The notes beneath the pieces were generated by a model. The model made no database searches, was not told where the DNA came from, and worked only from the letters and a program-made list of their open reading frames with translations. Below, in pieces: positions 1 to 12,265 of a stretch of DNA of 40,945 bases. Made by a program: the position numbers and the translations under genes. This DNA is from Octopus bimaculoides. Taxonomy: Eukaryota. Position 1 is the stretch's first letter. Every line of letters starts with the position of its first letter. Where the stretch lies: contig NC_068986.1 in the NCBI RefSeq assembly GCF_001194135.2, forward strand, positions 35,549,984 through 35,590,928, read 5' to 3'.

Positions 1-193
1 GGGAGAAACATTTTGTGTCATAATAAAGATAATGTTTTAAAAATAGTCATAGAAACAGCAGAAACTGTAGTAGCTGCAGTAGCTGTATAGTTGTAGTGAT
101 AACATTGTAATTACCCAAGAAATAACAAGAATAAAAAATAAAAAAATATATAATAGCGTAAAAAAATGACTGACAATATTATTTGTATGTTGT

Positions 194-229
<36 letters not shown>

Positions 230-1016
230 GGGCGCGCGTGTATTTTAAGAGGAATGACATCGTGTCTTTGAGAACAACTCGTCCTCTCCACTAAATTATT
301 AGACATTCTGTAATCGATGCCATTATGCAATGATGCCGCTCGCCTCCTCTGTCACCTCCCACAAACACAGACGCTGTTTAGAATATGGAATTCATTTCCT
401 CTCCTTCCATTCGGTTCTCCCTCCCATTTCACACCACTCAGACGTTTTTCATTCATGGATCGAAATCTTTGCCAAAACCTCAATGTCTATGGAAGAAGGC
501 AGGAGGGTTGTGTGTATGTGTGGGTAGGAGTAAGGGTGGTGTCGGAGAGCCTAAAAGACTCTTTTCAGATTCTCAGTCTCACTTCCTCATTCATCATTCA
601 TCACAGTTTGCCTAAGATTATTGGTTATTACGGGAGAATTCTTTATGGCACTAGAAGAATGACGTCGATTGCATGAATGTTAATAACAGGTGTATGAGTG
701 TGCATATATACAAGCATGCATGCATGTATGTTTATATGTATATACGTATTTGTGTATTTGTCTATGGGTGTATATATGTGTATATGCATGTATGTAGGTA
801 CGAATATGTGCATATGTTTATATGCTTGTCTGTGTGTGTGTATGTGTGTGTATGTATGCATGTTTGTATAGTCTGTTTCTATTTTAAAATTTCTCACCAA
901 TAACGAAAAATCCGATTTCTAACCCAGAAACGAGGCTCATTCACTGGAATTTAGACATCAAAATGGTAGTTGCGCATGAATATATCTTAGCATATATGTA
1001 AGTATGCATGCATGCT

Positions 1017-1052
<36 letters not shown>

Positions 1053-1510
1053 TATGTATGTACGCATGTATGTATGTATGTATGTATGTATGTATGTGTG
1101 TGTGTACGTAAGTATGGATGGATAAATGGTTGAATGTATGTAAATGTACGTATGTATGTATCTGTACATACATCTATGTTTACCAACATGGATGCCATTT
1201 GCATTCAAGGGTTTGTATGCTACGACTTATGTATATTATTACCTTAATGTATACATATATATTTGTGTACAAATCTACGACCGTTTATATATACTCAATA
1301 CTGGAATGTGTTAATGGCTTATAACTATAATTTCCTTATTTGCCGTGTACTTTCTGGTTTGAGAAGCTCAGCTTTACAGGATTGCGTCTAATGTATGTAT
1401 AATGAATGTATATATGTACGAACGCATGTATGTCTGCACGCGGGTATACATTTGCATTTATGAACAACTGTGTACGTAACTAAACTATTGTTTGTATGCC
1501 AATATTGATG

Positions 1511-1575
<65 letters not shown>

Positions 1576-1774
1576 TTATTTATCTATCTCTATGTACGAT
1601 GAACGAACAAACGAAAGAAAGTGGCACTCGGCACATTTGATTGGAGTTATATATTTTTCATAACGGGCAAATTGTGCCTCCAATCATCTGATGAGATAAA
1701 GGTGTTTTCGCGCCCACGAAAACTCTAAGTAATATGGATCTGAGTCAAACTGCTAATAGGTATTGTACCAAAAC

Positions 1775-1998
1775 GCAGTCACTAGATTGCAGCCATGCTG
1801 GAGCACCGCTTTGAAGGGTTTTAGTCGAACAAATCGACTCCAGTGCATATTTGATCGATTCTGCTACTTCTCTTATCGGTTTCTTTTGGCGAAACGCTAA
1901 GATAATGGTGATGTAAGCAAGCCAACACTGGTTATCAAGCAGTGTGTATAGCGGACAAACACAGACAAACACATACACATAAAGATATATATATATAT

Positions 1999-2029
<31 letters not shown>

Positions 2030-2129
2030 TATATATACATACACACATATATATATATATACATATGTGTATGTATATGTATATATATATGTATTAATTT
2101 ATATATGTATACATACATATACATACATG

Positions 2130-2194
<65 letters not shown>

Positions 2195-2340
2195 GACGGA
2201 CTTTCATACAGATTGCCGTCTACCAAATTCACCTACGACGCTTCGGTCGGCCCCCGGCTTTAAGCAGAAATAGTTGCTTCTAGTGTTGTACTGGGGACTG
2301 AACTCTAAAGGGGGCATCTTAACCACACTGTCAACGCTGC
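1775..2340 (-). mobile_element. SINE-C copy with a ~240-nt internal (CA)/(TA) microsatellite
   Basis: gcagccatgctggagcaccgc...tagtcgaacaaatcgac...aacactggttatcaagc [microsatellite] gacggactttc...gtctaccaaattcac...gggactgaac matches 28671-29194. Confidence 0.8.
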
Positions 2341-2908
2341 GCTGTGGAGATAATAAAGAAAAACAAATCATTTAAGGCACCGTCACCAAATAATCAATCA
2401 TTAATTGGAATCAGTTANNNNNNNNNNNNNNNNNNNNNNNNNNNNNNNNNNNNNNNNNNNNNNNNNNNNNNNNNNNNNNNNNNNNNNNNNNNNNNNNNNN
2501 NNNNNNNNNNNNNNNNNNNNNNNNNNNNNNNNNNNNNNNNNNNNNNNNNNNNNNNNNNNNNNNNNNNNNNNNNNNNNNNNNNNNNNNNNNNNNNNNNNNN
2601 NNNNNNNNNNNNNNNNNNNNNNNNNNNNNNNNNNNNNNNNNNNNNNNNNNNNNNNNNNNNNNNNNNNNNNNNNNNNNNNNNNNNNNNNNNNNNNNNNNNN
2701 NNNNNNNNNNNNNNNNNNNNNNNNNNNNNNNNNNNNNNNNNNNNNNNNNNNNNNNNNNNNNNNNNNNNNNNNNNNNNNNNNNNNNNNNNNNNNNNNNNNN
2801 NNNNNNNNNNNNNNNNNNNNNNNNNNNNNNNNNNNNNNNNNNNNNNNNNNNNNNNNNNNATAAGGTTTTCACGCTGACTACTTGATAAATTCTTATAAAG
2901 ATTTTATC

Positions 2909-2950
<42 letters not shown>

Positions 2951-3204
2951 GTGTGTATTTGTATGTATATAAAAAAAATGTATCTATTTTAAACACTATC
3001 TGTATGAAGTATCATCTAATAATGGAGACCACTTACAATGGTTTTTAAACAATGTTGAATAACACTCCAAAACCACTTAACACGTACTTTTTACTTGTAA
3101 ACCTACTTGTTCTCCGTACCACTTACATTTTTTTTTTTTTTAAAGTTACAAACCGGAAGTTTAAACGTTAGCTAAGCAAACATATTTCGTTTGTCGTATT
3201 TCAG

Positions 3205-3303
3205 ATAACAATTCCTTGCCAGAGTCATTCGATGTGCTTTGAAGAAGAAGAATTCTCGGACATAATTACTGATGAAGTCACTAGTAATATTTGGAAATCT
3301 AGA
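3205..3303 (+). CDS. Candidate internal coding exon (99 nt, phase 0/0) of an unidentified gene: ITIPCQSHSMCFEEEEFSDIITDEVTSNIWKSR
   Basis: Acceptor tttcgtttgtcgtatttcag| and consensus donor AGA|gtaagt. Length is divisible by 3 and only frame 0 is open. Non-repetitive sequence, but no recognisable protein family. Confidence 0.5.
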
Positions 3304-3339
3304 GTAAGTGACTGATTTTATGATTCTAAAAATATGTTT

Positions 3340-3355
3340 ATTATTATTATTGTCG

Positions 3356-3406
<51 letters not shown>

Positions 3407-3493
3407 CTATTATTATTATCATTGTTATAATTATCATCATCGTCATCATCATCATTATTATTATCATTATTATTATTATCATCATCATCATCA

Positions 3494-3558
<65 letters not shown>

Positions 3559-3570
3559 GTTGTTATTATT
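3340..3570. repeat. Compound (ATT)n/(CAT)n microsatellite
   Basis: Direct observation. Confidence 0.95.
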
Positions 3571-3720
3571 AAGGCGGCAAGCTGACAGAATCGTTAGCAC
3601 CCCGGGCGAGATGCTTAGCGGTATTTCGCACGTCTCTACGTTCTAAGTTCAAATTCCGCCAAGGTCGACTTTACCTTTCATCCTTTCGGGGTCGATCAAA
3701 TAAGTATCAGTTACGCAAAA

Positions 3721-3766
<46 letters not shown>

Positions 3767-3953
3767 TATTGGCAGCGAGCTGGCAGAATCGTTAGCACGC
3801 CGGGCGAAATGCTTAGCGGTATTTTGCCCGTTGCTAGGTTCTAAGCTCAAATTCCGCCGAAGTCGACTTTGCCTTTCATCCTTTCGAGGTCGATAAATTA
3901 AGTACCAGTTGTGAACTGGGGGTCGATCTAATCGACTGGCTCCTCTCCCAAAA
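3571..3953 (+). mobile_element. Two tandem SINE-A copies (3571-3716, 3771-3953), each preceded by (ATT)n
   Basis: Head ggcgagctggcagaatcgttagcacgccgggcgaaatgcttagc, B-box gttcaaattcc, central domain gtcgactttgcctttcatcctttcggggtcgat. Confidence 0.9.
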
Positions 3954-4289
3954 TATGCTTAACGAAAATTGAGACGATAAGTTCAATTATTTAAGATAGT
4001 GAATTCATTAGAGTAATAAAGGAAACAAAATGTTGGTAACAATACTATTTTTAAGCGTCTGTTTCTGAACAGCCTTGCAATAATTGTCTGATTGTCTGAT
4101 ATTATTTTTGTGTGCTCCCTCTGCGAAAGACCTAATTTTACCTAGTTGTTGCTGACAGGGAGAGTGCAAAAGTTATTATTATTAGAACTACAATTCTACA
4201 GAGATTTTATCGTTTTGTTGATGTTGAATAAGATATTCATAATAGTGCATGTAGTTTGTTTGAAGTCCCAGAAGATATATGTATGTATA

Positions 4290-4545
4290 TATGTATCTTG
4301 TTTTTGATCATTTAAATTCTTCCTCTGAAGGAGCTGGCTTCTAACAAAGATACAGAGTTCCATCTTTGGAACGTAGATAACAAAAACTATGACACATTTT
4401 AAACCTTGAAAAAGTCTTGCATAATTTCACTGTTCCGCTTACAGATTGTATTTGTACTGTGCGAGTCAGTTGGCTGATTTCTCTTTCTGAAAATCCAATC
4501 TTATACACACCAAGTGCTCTAGTTATTACTGGTGTCAATGTAAAG
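4290..4545 (-). mobile_element. 3' fragment of an R4/Dong-like RLE non-LTR retrotransposon
   Basis: Minus strand reads FTLTPVITRALGVYKIGFSEREISQLTRTVQIQSVSGTVKLCKTFSRFKM, resembling the R4/Dong C-terminus (..PIIIGALG....GF......Q..S..GT..I.KTF). It is cut at its 5' side by a SINE-C copy. Confidence 0.6.
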
Positions 4546-4800
4546 TTGCGGGAACGTAAACACACTAACACAGGTTTCCAGTGATAGTGGGAGATAAACA
4601 CAAGCACAACGACACACTCACATACATACATACATACATACACCGGCTCCTTTCAGTTTCTGTCTACCGAATCCACTCTCAAAGCTTTGGTCAGCTCGAG
4701 GCTATTGTAGAAGACACTTGCGTAAAGTGTCACGCAGTAGGACTGAACCCGGAACCACATGACTGGGAAGTGTACTTCTTACCACTCAACCACGCCTGTT
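4545..4800 (-). mobile_element. SINE-C copy, 3'-truncated
   Basis: cgtaaacacactaacac...tttcagtttctgtctaccgaatccac...agaagacacttgc...ggactgaacccggaaccac; tRNA head near 4800. Confidence 0.85.
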
Positions 4801-4885
4801 CGCATATATATGATTTATAAACAAGAGTTTATAAACACACTCAAACACGCGCACGAATACGCACACACGCGTAAACAAGCGCATG

Positions 4886-4918
<33 letters not shown>

Positions 4919-5637
4919 ATACAAGCATCGGCACATACATATACTCACGCACATACGATTCCTTATATATTTTTTTGAGCACGAAATTTTGCGTCTATTT
5001 TACAAGTGCACCTTACTATCTACCATCTTTACATTGTTACACAAATATTCTTTTGCCATATACAATGACCAGCCTTAACGAAAACACATATACATACGCA
5101 AATACAGACACACGCAAATGCACACACACACACACTAACACAAAGACACGCGCACATTCACAAACACAAATACACGCACACTCTCAAAAACTCCCATACT
5201 CGCACTCACACACACACATACCCTCTAACAAACTCACACACTCTCATTTACACACACTAAACAAACGTACAAACGTACTAGACGCACGCACAGACACACA
5301 CATAAACATATACACATGCGTGTGTTCAAACACACGCTCCCGCGCAAACATGCACGCACGCGTGCACACACGTTCTCCCCTATGTGTTATATTTTGCCGT
5401 GCGCGTTATTTCACGGCCATTATTTTATAAGGACGCCATAGAACTATTTGTCCTGTGTACGTCACACTCATTAACGCAACACATAAATCAAACATAACAT
5501 CACATTGAGTCTATCATTTTATAACTTTCCAATAACTCTTTCTCTGATTGCTTGTTTCTTTCTTTGTCTTTCGTTTGGTATTAACTTCTATTACTATTAC
5601 TGCAGCTGCAGCAGTTTGTCTGAATTACTGTGATTGA

Positions 5638-6031
5638 GGAGGCGCAATGGCCCAGTGGTTAGGGCAGCAGACTCGCGGTCATAGGATCGCCGTTTCGATT
5701 CCCAGACCGGGTGCTGTGAGTGTTTATTGAGCGAAAACACCTAAAGCTCCACGAGGCTCCGGCAGGGGATGGTGGTGGCGAGCCCTGCTGTACTCTTTCA
5801 CCATAACTTTTTCTCACTCTTTCTTCCTGTTCCTGTTTCTGTTGTGCCTGTAATTCAAAGGGTCAGCCTTGTCACACTGTGTCACGCTGAATATCCATGA
5901 GAATACGTTAAGGGTACACGTGTCTGTGGAGTGCTCAGCCACTTGCACGTTAATTTCACGAGCAGGCTGTTCCGTTGATCGGATCAACTGAAACCCTCGA
6001 CGTCGTAAGCGACGGAGTGCCAACAACAACA
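5638..6031 (+). mobile_element. Full-length tRNA-derived SINE (family B), young copy
   Basis: A-box TGGCCCAGTGG, B-box GTTTCGATTCC, (CAA)n tail. Perfect 11-bp TSD actgtgattga at 5627-5637 and 6032-6042. Confidence 0.95.
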
Positions 6032-6139
6032 ACTGTGATTGAACAAATCTATGATCAAAAGCACTCCAGACGTGAACATCCAATCTTTTGTTTTTAGGGG
6101 CATCTTATTCAGCATTGTCTAATGTTTCATATCCTTAAA

Positions 6140-6960
6140 AGGCCGGTGAGCTGGCAGAATCGTTAGCACGCCGGACAAAGAACCTCACGATATTTAGTTC
6201 GTCATTAAATTTGAGTTTAAAGGCTGTGAGCTGGCAGAAACGTTAGCACGCCGGGCGAAATACTTAGCGGTATTTCGTCTGAGTTAAAATTCCGCTGAGG
6301 TCGACTTTACCTTTCCTCCTTTTGGGGTCGATTAAATAAGTACCAGTTACGTACTGGGGTCGATGTAATCGACTTAATCCCTTTGTCTGTCCTTGTTTGT
6401 CCCCTCCATGTTTAGCCCTTTGTGGGCAATAATTAAATAAGAAACGTTAGCACGCCGGGCGAAATGCTTAGCGATATTTCGTCTGTCTTTTATGTTCTGA
6501 GTTCAAATTCCGCCGAGGTCGACTTTGCCTTTCATCCTTTCGGGGTCGATAAATTAAATACTAGTTGAACGCTGGGGTCGATGTTATCAACTGCTTCCCT
6601 TCCCGAAGATGCAGGCCTTGTGCCAAAATTTGAAACCAATATTTCATATCCTGTATTTCAAATGATCTGAGAGATAGTTGACTGCTATTTTTAGCAGGTC
6701 AAGCGACTCATAAAGCTTTCTCGTTAGCTCACTTGTTATCAATCATGTTGTTGGCAGAACCGGCAATACTGTGATAAAAATGTCTGGCATTGTTTAGTTA
6801 TGTTATTTACATTCTGAGTCCTAATCCAACCGGGAGAAACAATCTTTCTCCTTGTTTCCTCTTCCTTCGGATCAATAAAATAAATACCAGTCAAATACCG
6901 TTGTCAATATAATTAAACTTTAGATTCTTCGACAAAGAATTTGCACCCTTGAGGCTAATA
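6140..6960 (+). mobile_element. SINE-A cluster: truncated head 6140-6200, copies at 6221-6432 and 6441-6642, decayed copy ~6755-6960
   Basis: Same head and central domain as 3571-3953. The two well-preserved copies end in different 3' tails. Confidence 0.85.
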
Positions 6961-7017
6961 TTTCGGAAAGTATTTTTGTTATATTATGTTATGTTTTTTT
7001 TTCGTCTTTACATATCA

Positions 7018-7195
7018 TATCGAGAATTAATCGTGCCATTAAAGGCAAACAGACTAACAAATGGGTAACAGAACGGGCGAAGATGGATGACGTTCTTGCA
7101 AATTCAACAACGAAAGGCGCAGGCACGGTTGAATGGTCAAGGAGCTCGCGTGATATTGAGCTCAAAACCATGTTGAGAAACAAGCCTCAAACCCA
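7018..7195 (+). mobile_element. Possible very decayed RTE-like LINE C-terminal fragment
   Basis: RINRAIKGKQTNKWVTERAKMDDVLAN..K(W)AG(H)V loosely matches the RTE pattern RDRKTNKWIRE.TKV.DI...KW.WAGH. Confidence 0.3.
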
Positions 7196-7261
7196 CAATC
7201 TTTTTTTTTTTTTTTGAAGGATAAATTATATCGTCTGTTTCAATTATTTTGTGTTCAACCT

Positions 7262-8042
7262 CAGCTCTAGACTTGGAGACGCAAGTGGACTGAGGGGCAG
7301 ACCTGTCTTCCCAGAAAAGCTAGTAGTAGCATCACATTGACCAGACTTGTTTCTGCTCTCCGGGAAAGTCGAAACAAAATCGTGGTCAAACTTACAATTT
7401 CCTGGGAAGACAGACTCGATATTTTCCAACAAGAAAAGAAATGGAAATATCAGGGCTTAGTCGACGAGGATCTCTTCAAGGGCTGGCATGCAGCCTCATT
7501 CCGCATTGAAGTGTGGCTGCCGTCACTTTCCATTTGGGTCAGTGCGGTATTTTCAGAATGTACACGTTCTGTCTTGGTGCAAAAAATGGGCTGCAGCAAA
7601 TATTCTGCTTAATACCACTGATTTGTTTGTCAGTTGCTTGACCATAATCACTTGAGCATGTCCCTTAGTGTCTGACAATATGTGAATTTCTGATCACGAG
7701 CAGGAATAGTGGGGAGCATCATAGCCATATGTTGAGAGGAATTCTTTGGGGGTTTGAATATTTCACGTTTGGAAACATGAGTGTTTCATCATCCTTAAAC
7801 AATCCTTTTTCAGGGTCCTTTTGAATAGGATGGGTGAGTCGACCTGAAGAAAATTCTCATTGGGCCCCACCTGCAAGGTACTGCGCTGTTTATCTTGATA
7901 TGAGATCACCATGCTGCGCACATATAGTTATGATGCATGTGTACCCATGTCAGAAGGGTAGTCATAATGGGTATACTGGGCTTCTTCGTATATTTGTACC
8001 CTAGCGTTAGATTGAGAGCATGAGCCGCTCTCTCACTCAATA
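7262..8042 (+). mobile_element. 5'-truncated, decayed HERO-type (RLE-clade) non-LTR retrotransposon: restriction-like endonuclease C-terminus plus presumed 3' UTR
   Basis: Frameshift-corrected translation D(W)ETQVDLRGRPVFPEKLVVASH*PDLFLLS / KIVVKLTISWEDRLDIFQQEKKWKYQGLVDEDLFKGWHAASFRIEV / GCRHF matches the HERO pattern DW..VDL..L.FP..I..T.LRPD...ELTVPWE....ERK..KY..L...GW.....IEVGCRGF. The downstream ~480 nt ending ctctctcactcaat is inferred to be 3' UTR. Confidence 0.8.
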
Positions 8043-8055
8043 CAAATAGTTTCAG

Positions 8056-8175
8056 TTATCGGCAAAATGCTTGAAGCTTTGTGGGGAGGGAGCTAGTCGA
8101 TTACATTGACTTCAATACGTGACTAGTCCTTCTTTTATCGACCCCGCAATGATGGAGCGCTAAGTCGACCTCGGC
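8056..8175 (-). mobile_element. Decayed SINE-A 3' fragment
   Basis: agtcgattacattgac...ttttatcgacccc...aagtcgacctcggc is the reverse complement of the SINE-A central domain. Confidence 0.7.
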
Positions 8176-8176
8176 A

Positions 8177-8221
<45 letters not shown>

Positions 8222-8240
8222 CACGACGACGACGACGACG

Positions 8241-8279
<39 letters not shown>

Positions 8280-8325
8280 GCTGATGCTGCTGCTGCTACT
8301 ACTACTACTACTACTACTACTACTG
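8177..8325. repeat. (CTA)n/(CGA)n/(CTG)n compound trinucleotide repeat
   Basis: Direct observation. Confidence 0.95.
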
Positions 8326-8667
8326 CTTTTTTAACATGACTACTGAAATCTTNNNNNNNNNNNNNNNNNNNNNNNNNNNNNNNNNNNNNNNNNNNNNNNN
8401 NNNNNNNNNNNNNNNNNNNNNNNNNNNNNNNNNNNNNNNNNNNNNNNNNNNNNNNNNNNNNNNNNNNNNNNNNNNNNNNNNNNNNNNNNNNNNNNGGGGG
8501 GGGGGGTGAAGTCGATGTCGTCGACCTCAGTATGTGAATTGCATTTTATGTAAAAACAAAACATAAAAACAAAAAAATTAAAAAATTAAAAACAAAAAAA
8601 GAACCCTGAAAAAATCCTGCTAAACGCGTCCGCATTCATTGCTAACCTCGTGTCTAAATTTCGAACC

Positions 8668-8683
8668 CACCACCACCACCACC

Positions 8684-8728
<45 letters not shown>

Positions 8729-8812
8729 GTTGCTGCTGCTGCTACTGCTGCTACTACCATTATTATTATTATTGTTATTATTATTACTATTATTATTATT
8801 ATTATTATTATA
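8668..8812. repeat. (CAC)n-(CTA)n-(CTG)n-(ATT)n compound repeat
   Basis: Direct observation. Confidence 0.95.
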
Positions 8813-9262
8813 GTATTTCGGCTATTCCATTATGCAGATATAAATTCCACGTGCACCAGGTAACTGTCAGACACATGAGCATAAAATTGCAAACACATGG
8901 GCTGATTCTTGGCGTCCTTCTGGCTATTTCCGTGCCAACAGAGCTGACAGGAATATATAGGATGACGACAACAAAACCGATGACGACGACCAAAAAAAAA
9001 AAAAAAAAAAAAAAAGAAAAAGAAAAAGAAAAAGACAACAGTAATAAGAGACAACTATAAATAACATTAAGTGTAGTGCAAAGCCAGGAGATATCTCAGA
9101 GGTATTTCCCGAAAATGATGCATTAAACATGTCTTATGTCTTCATTTTAGCAGACGTATGCAAATTTTATGCCAAAATGCTAACGACATACGTACACATA
9201 TGCCCACGTCCATATGTGGATACATGACAAGACATGCACACATCCATACACACAAACAGGCA

Positions 9263-9349
<87 letters not shown>

Positions 9350-9840
9350 NNNNNNNNNNNNNNNNNNNNNNNNNNNNNNNNNNNNNNNNNNNNNNNNNNN
9401 NNNNNNNNNNNNNNNNNNNNNNNNNNNNNNNNNNNNNNNNNNNNNNNNNNNNNNNNNNNNNNNNNNNNNNNNNNNNNNNNNNNNNNNNNNNNNNNNNNNN
9501 NNNNNNNNNNNNNNNNNNNNNNNNNNNNNNNNNNNNNNNNNNNNNNNNNNNNNNNNNNNNNNNNNNNNNNNNNNNNNNNNNNNNNNNNNNNNNNNNNNNN
9601 NNNNNNNNNNNNNNNNNNNNNNNNNNNNNNNNNNNNNNNNNNNNNNNNNNNNNNNNNNNNNNNNNNNNNNNNNNNNNNNNNNNNNNNNNNNNNNNNNNNN
9701 NNNNNNNNNNNNNNNNNNNNNNNNNNNNNNNNNNNNNNNNNNNNNNNNNNNNNNNNNNNNNNNNNNNNNNNNNNNNNNNNNNNNNNNNNNNNNNNNNNNN
9801 NNNNNNNNNNNNNNNNNNNNNNNNNNNNNNNNNNNNNNNN

Positions 9841-9902
<62 letters not shown>

Positions 9903-9917
9903 GTTTACATGTATGTG

Positions 9918-9948
<31 letters not shown>

Positions 9949-10806
9949 ATATGCATTACGCACACATACACACACACGTAAGAAGTGCTTAAAAGATAAT
10001 TAAACGAAAACAAACGAAACAAAACGGAAATAAGACAAAAAATAGAAACACAACAATTATAAAAAACGTAAACGAACAAACAATACAAACATGATTTGTA
10101 AATAAAAGATAAATTCGCCATGTTTGTGTAACGTCTGTTAATTCTGTCACATCTTACTGACGCGACTGAAGTTTATGCATAATTCTCAACAATCTCGTCT
10201 TCCGCTATTACGTCAATTCGCTGGTCAAATCTCTCTGTTTATATTCACGCTATATTTCCATTCACTCTATCTATGACGATTGTTTTGAGTATTCTGTTTG
10301 CTAGGTTTTGGTTGTAAAAGTGGGACTATCTAAAATGTTGTCTATTTGTCCATCACCTTTCTATACATATATAATTTTATCTGTTCGTGTCTCGTTCGTC
10401 TGATATATGTAAAAAAACACAGATCGTTGGCGACCAGCTTTCTAGAAATGTAGTGCTTTTGTTTACCCATTTTGCATTTTTGTTTCTGAAAATTTTTATT
10501 TTGAATTTACATGTATGAGAAAGGCCCTGGACATCACAGTAGAAATGAAATATGTACGTTCTTATATAACACATGTATATATGTGTTCATGCACATACAG
10601 ACATATACACTTAGATATACATATACGTATGAACACACACACACACAAACTACTGTATATATACATATATATATGTATATATATATATATATGTACAAAT
10701 AGATGGATAGGTATATATAGATATGAATGCGTATATATTCATACACGTACAAATATATTCAGTACTCTTGCATACACAGACATATATATGAATGCATGGG
10801 TCTGTA

Positions 10807-11080
<274 letters not shown>

Positions 11081-11548
11081 CAGAATTTGTTTTAGGGTTT
11101 GATAATCGGATGACTGTTCTAGGACACTAAACCTTTTTAAGTCTATTGTTTCGCATTGTCCCAGCACATGAAACTAATAATAGCAATCTAAAGATTCAAG
11201 AAATCTCCAAATTTGACGGGCAGTTAAGGAAAATGAGTCTTAATGTCTGTAGATAAGAGGACAGTCATGGACACATGGTTTTGGTTCAACAGCCATCATC
11301 TGTACGAAAATAGTCCTTAGGCGTTATGCAAAATGAGTTAAACACATTTTTCACTTCATCTTCTACCCCTCCTCTTGTCCTTCCCATCACTAATGCCATC
11401 ATCATAAGGACGAGAAACTCGACCGCCGCTGTCACAACGCCACCACCACCACCACCACCTACCAACCTCCATCACCACAAACACCAACAACAACAGCAAC
11501 AACAACACTATCACCACCACTACCAACATTACTGCTCCCACATCTGCC

Positions 11549-11579
<31 letters not shown>

Positions 11580-12062
11580 GCAACAATAACGCTATCATCA
11601 CTACTACTACTCCGACATCTGCCACCACCACCACCACCACTACCACCCTTACCATCATTACTAGTATTAGCCTCGCTGTATCATTGTTACATAGTTTATA
11701 ACATGGCTTCAAAAACAATTCTTGTGTATCACACGAAAAAAAAATGTAAAAAAAATAGATACTTCGCAAAAACAAAAACAAAAAATCAACTAAAACAATA
11801 ACATTATCATCATCGACAACAACAATAGATAATAGTGATAATGTTAATAATGATAATAGTGATAATAATAATAATAATAATAATAATGATAAATAACAAG
11901 AACCGCTATAAGAACGGCAGAAGGAGGAGTAACAACAGCAAACTGAAATCCCTAGGGTTTACAAATAATCCCCATCATTATCTGCTTCTGCAAAGATTTT
12001 ATCAGCAGAGGGCCTGGGTGAGATAAAACTTTATCTACCTTATGAAGCCATTTCAAGTGCAT

Positions 12063-12098
<36 letters not shown>

Positions 12099-12265
12099 AA
12101 AGAGAGAGAAAGAAACACGTGTACATGGAGAATAGCTTATCTTCTAAGCGTGTTTCATTAAGTATACAACGATGTTCAAGTTTTATATTTTTAATTTTAT
12201 ATTTTTATCGTATTTTCTTCTTAGTTCTTTTATTATTTTCTTAAGTTTCTGCTTTCTTTTTACAG

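Noticed and set aside
1630-1725. Inverted repeats (tgattggag/ctccaatca, ggcacatttg/caaattgtgcc) followed by CTGATGA…GAAA, suggesting a hammerhead or HDV-like ribozyme
   Set aside because: Stem II and stem III cannot be formed, there is an extra U before CUGAUGA, and no P4/J4-2 exists for an HDV fold.
5638-5715. tRNA-like sequence with A and B boxes
   Set aside because: It is the head of a TSD-flanked SINE, not a tRNA gene; no proper acceptor stem or 3' end.
5814-6083. 89-aa ORF, with similar peptides at 18329-18556
   Set aside because: Antisense reading of the non-coding SINE-B/D tail.
12006-12017. Possible 12/9-nt microexon (cagcag|…tgg|gtgaga)
   Set aside because: Polypyrimidine tract is weak; indistinguishable from chance without RNA data.
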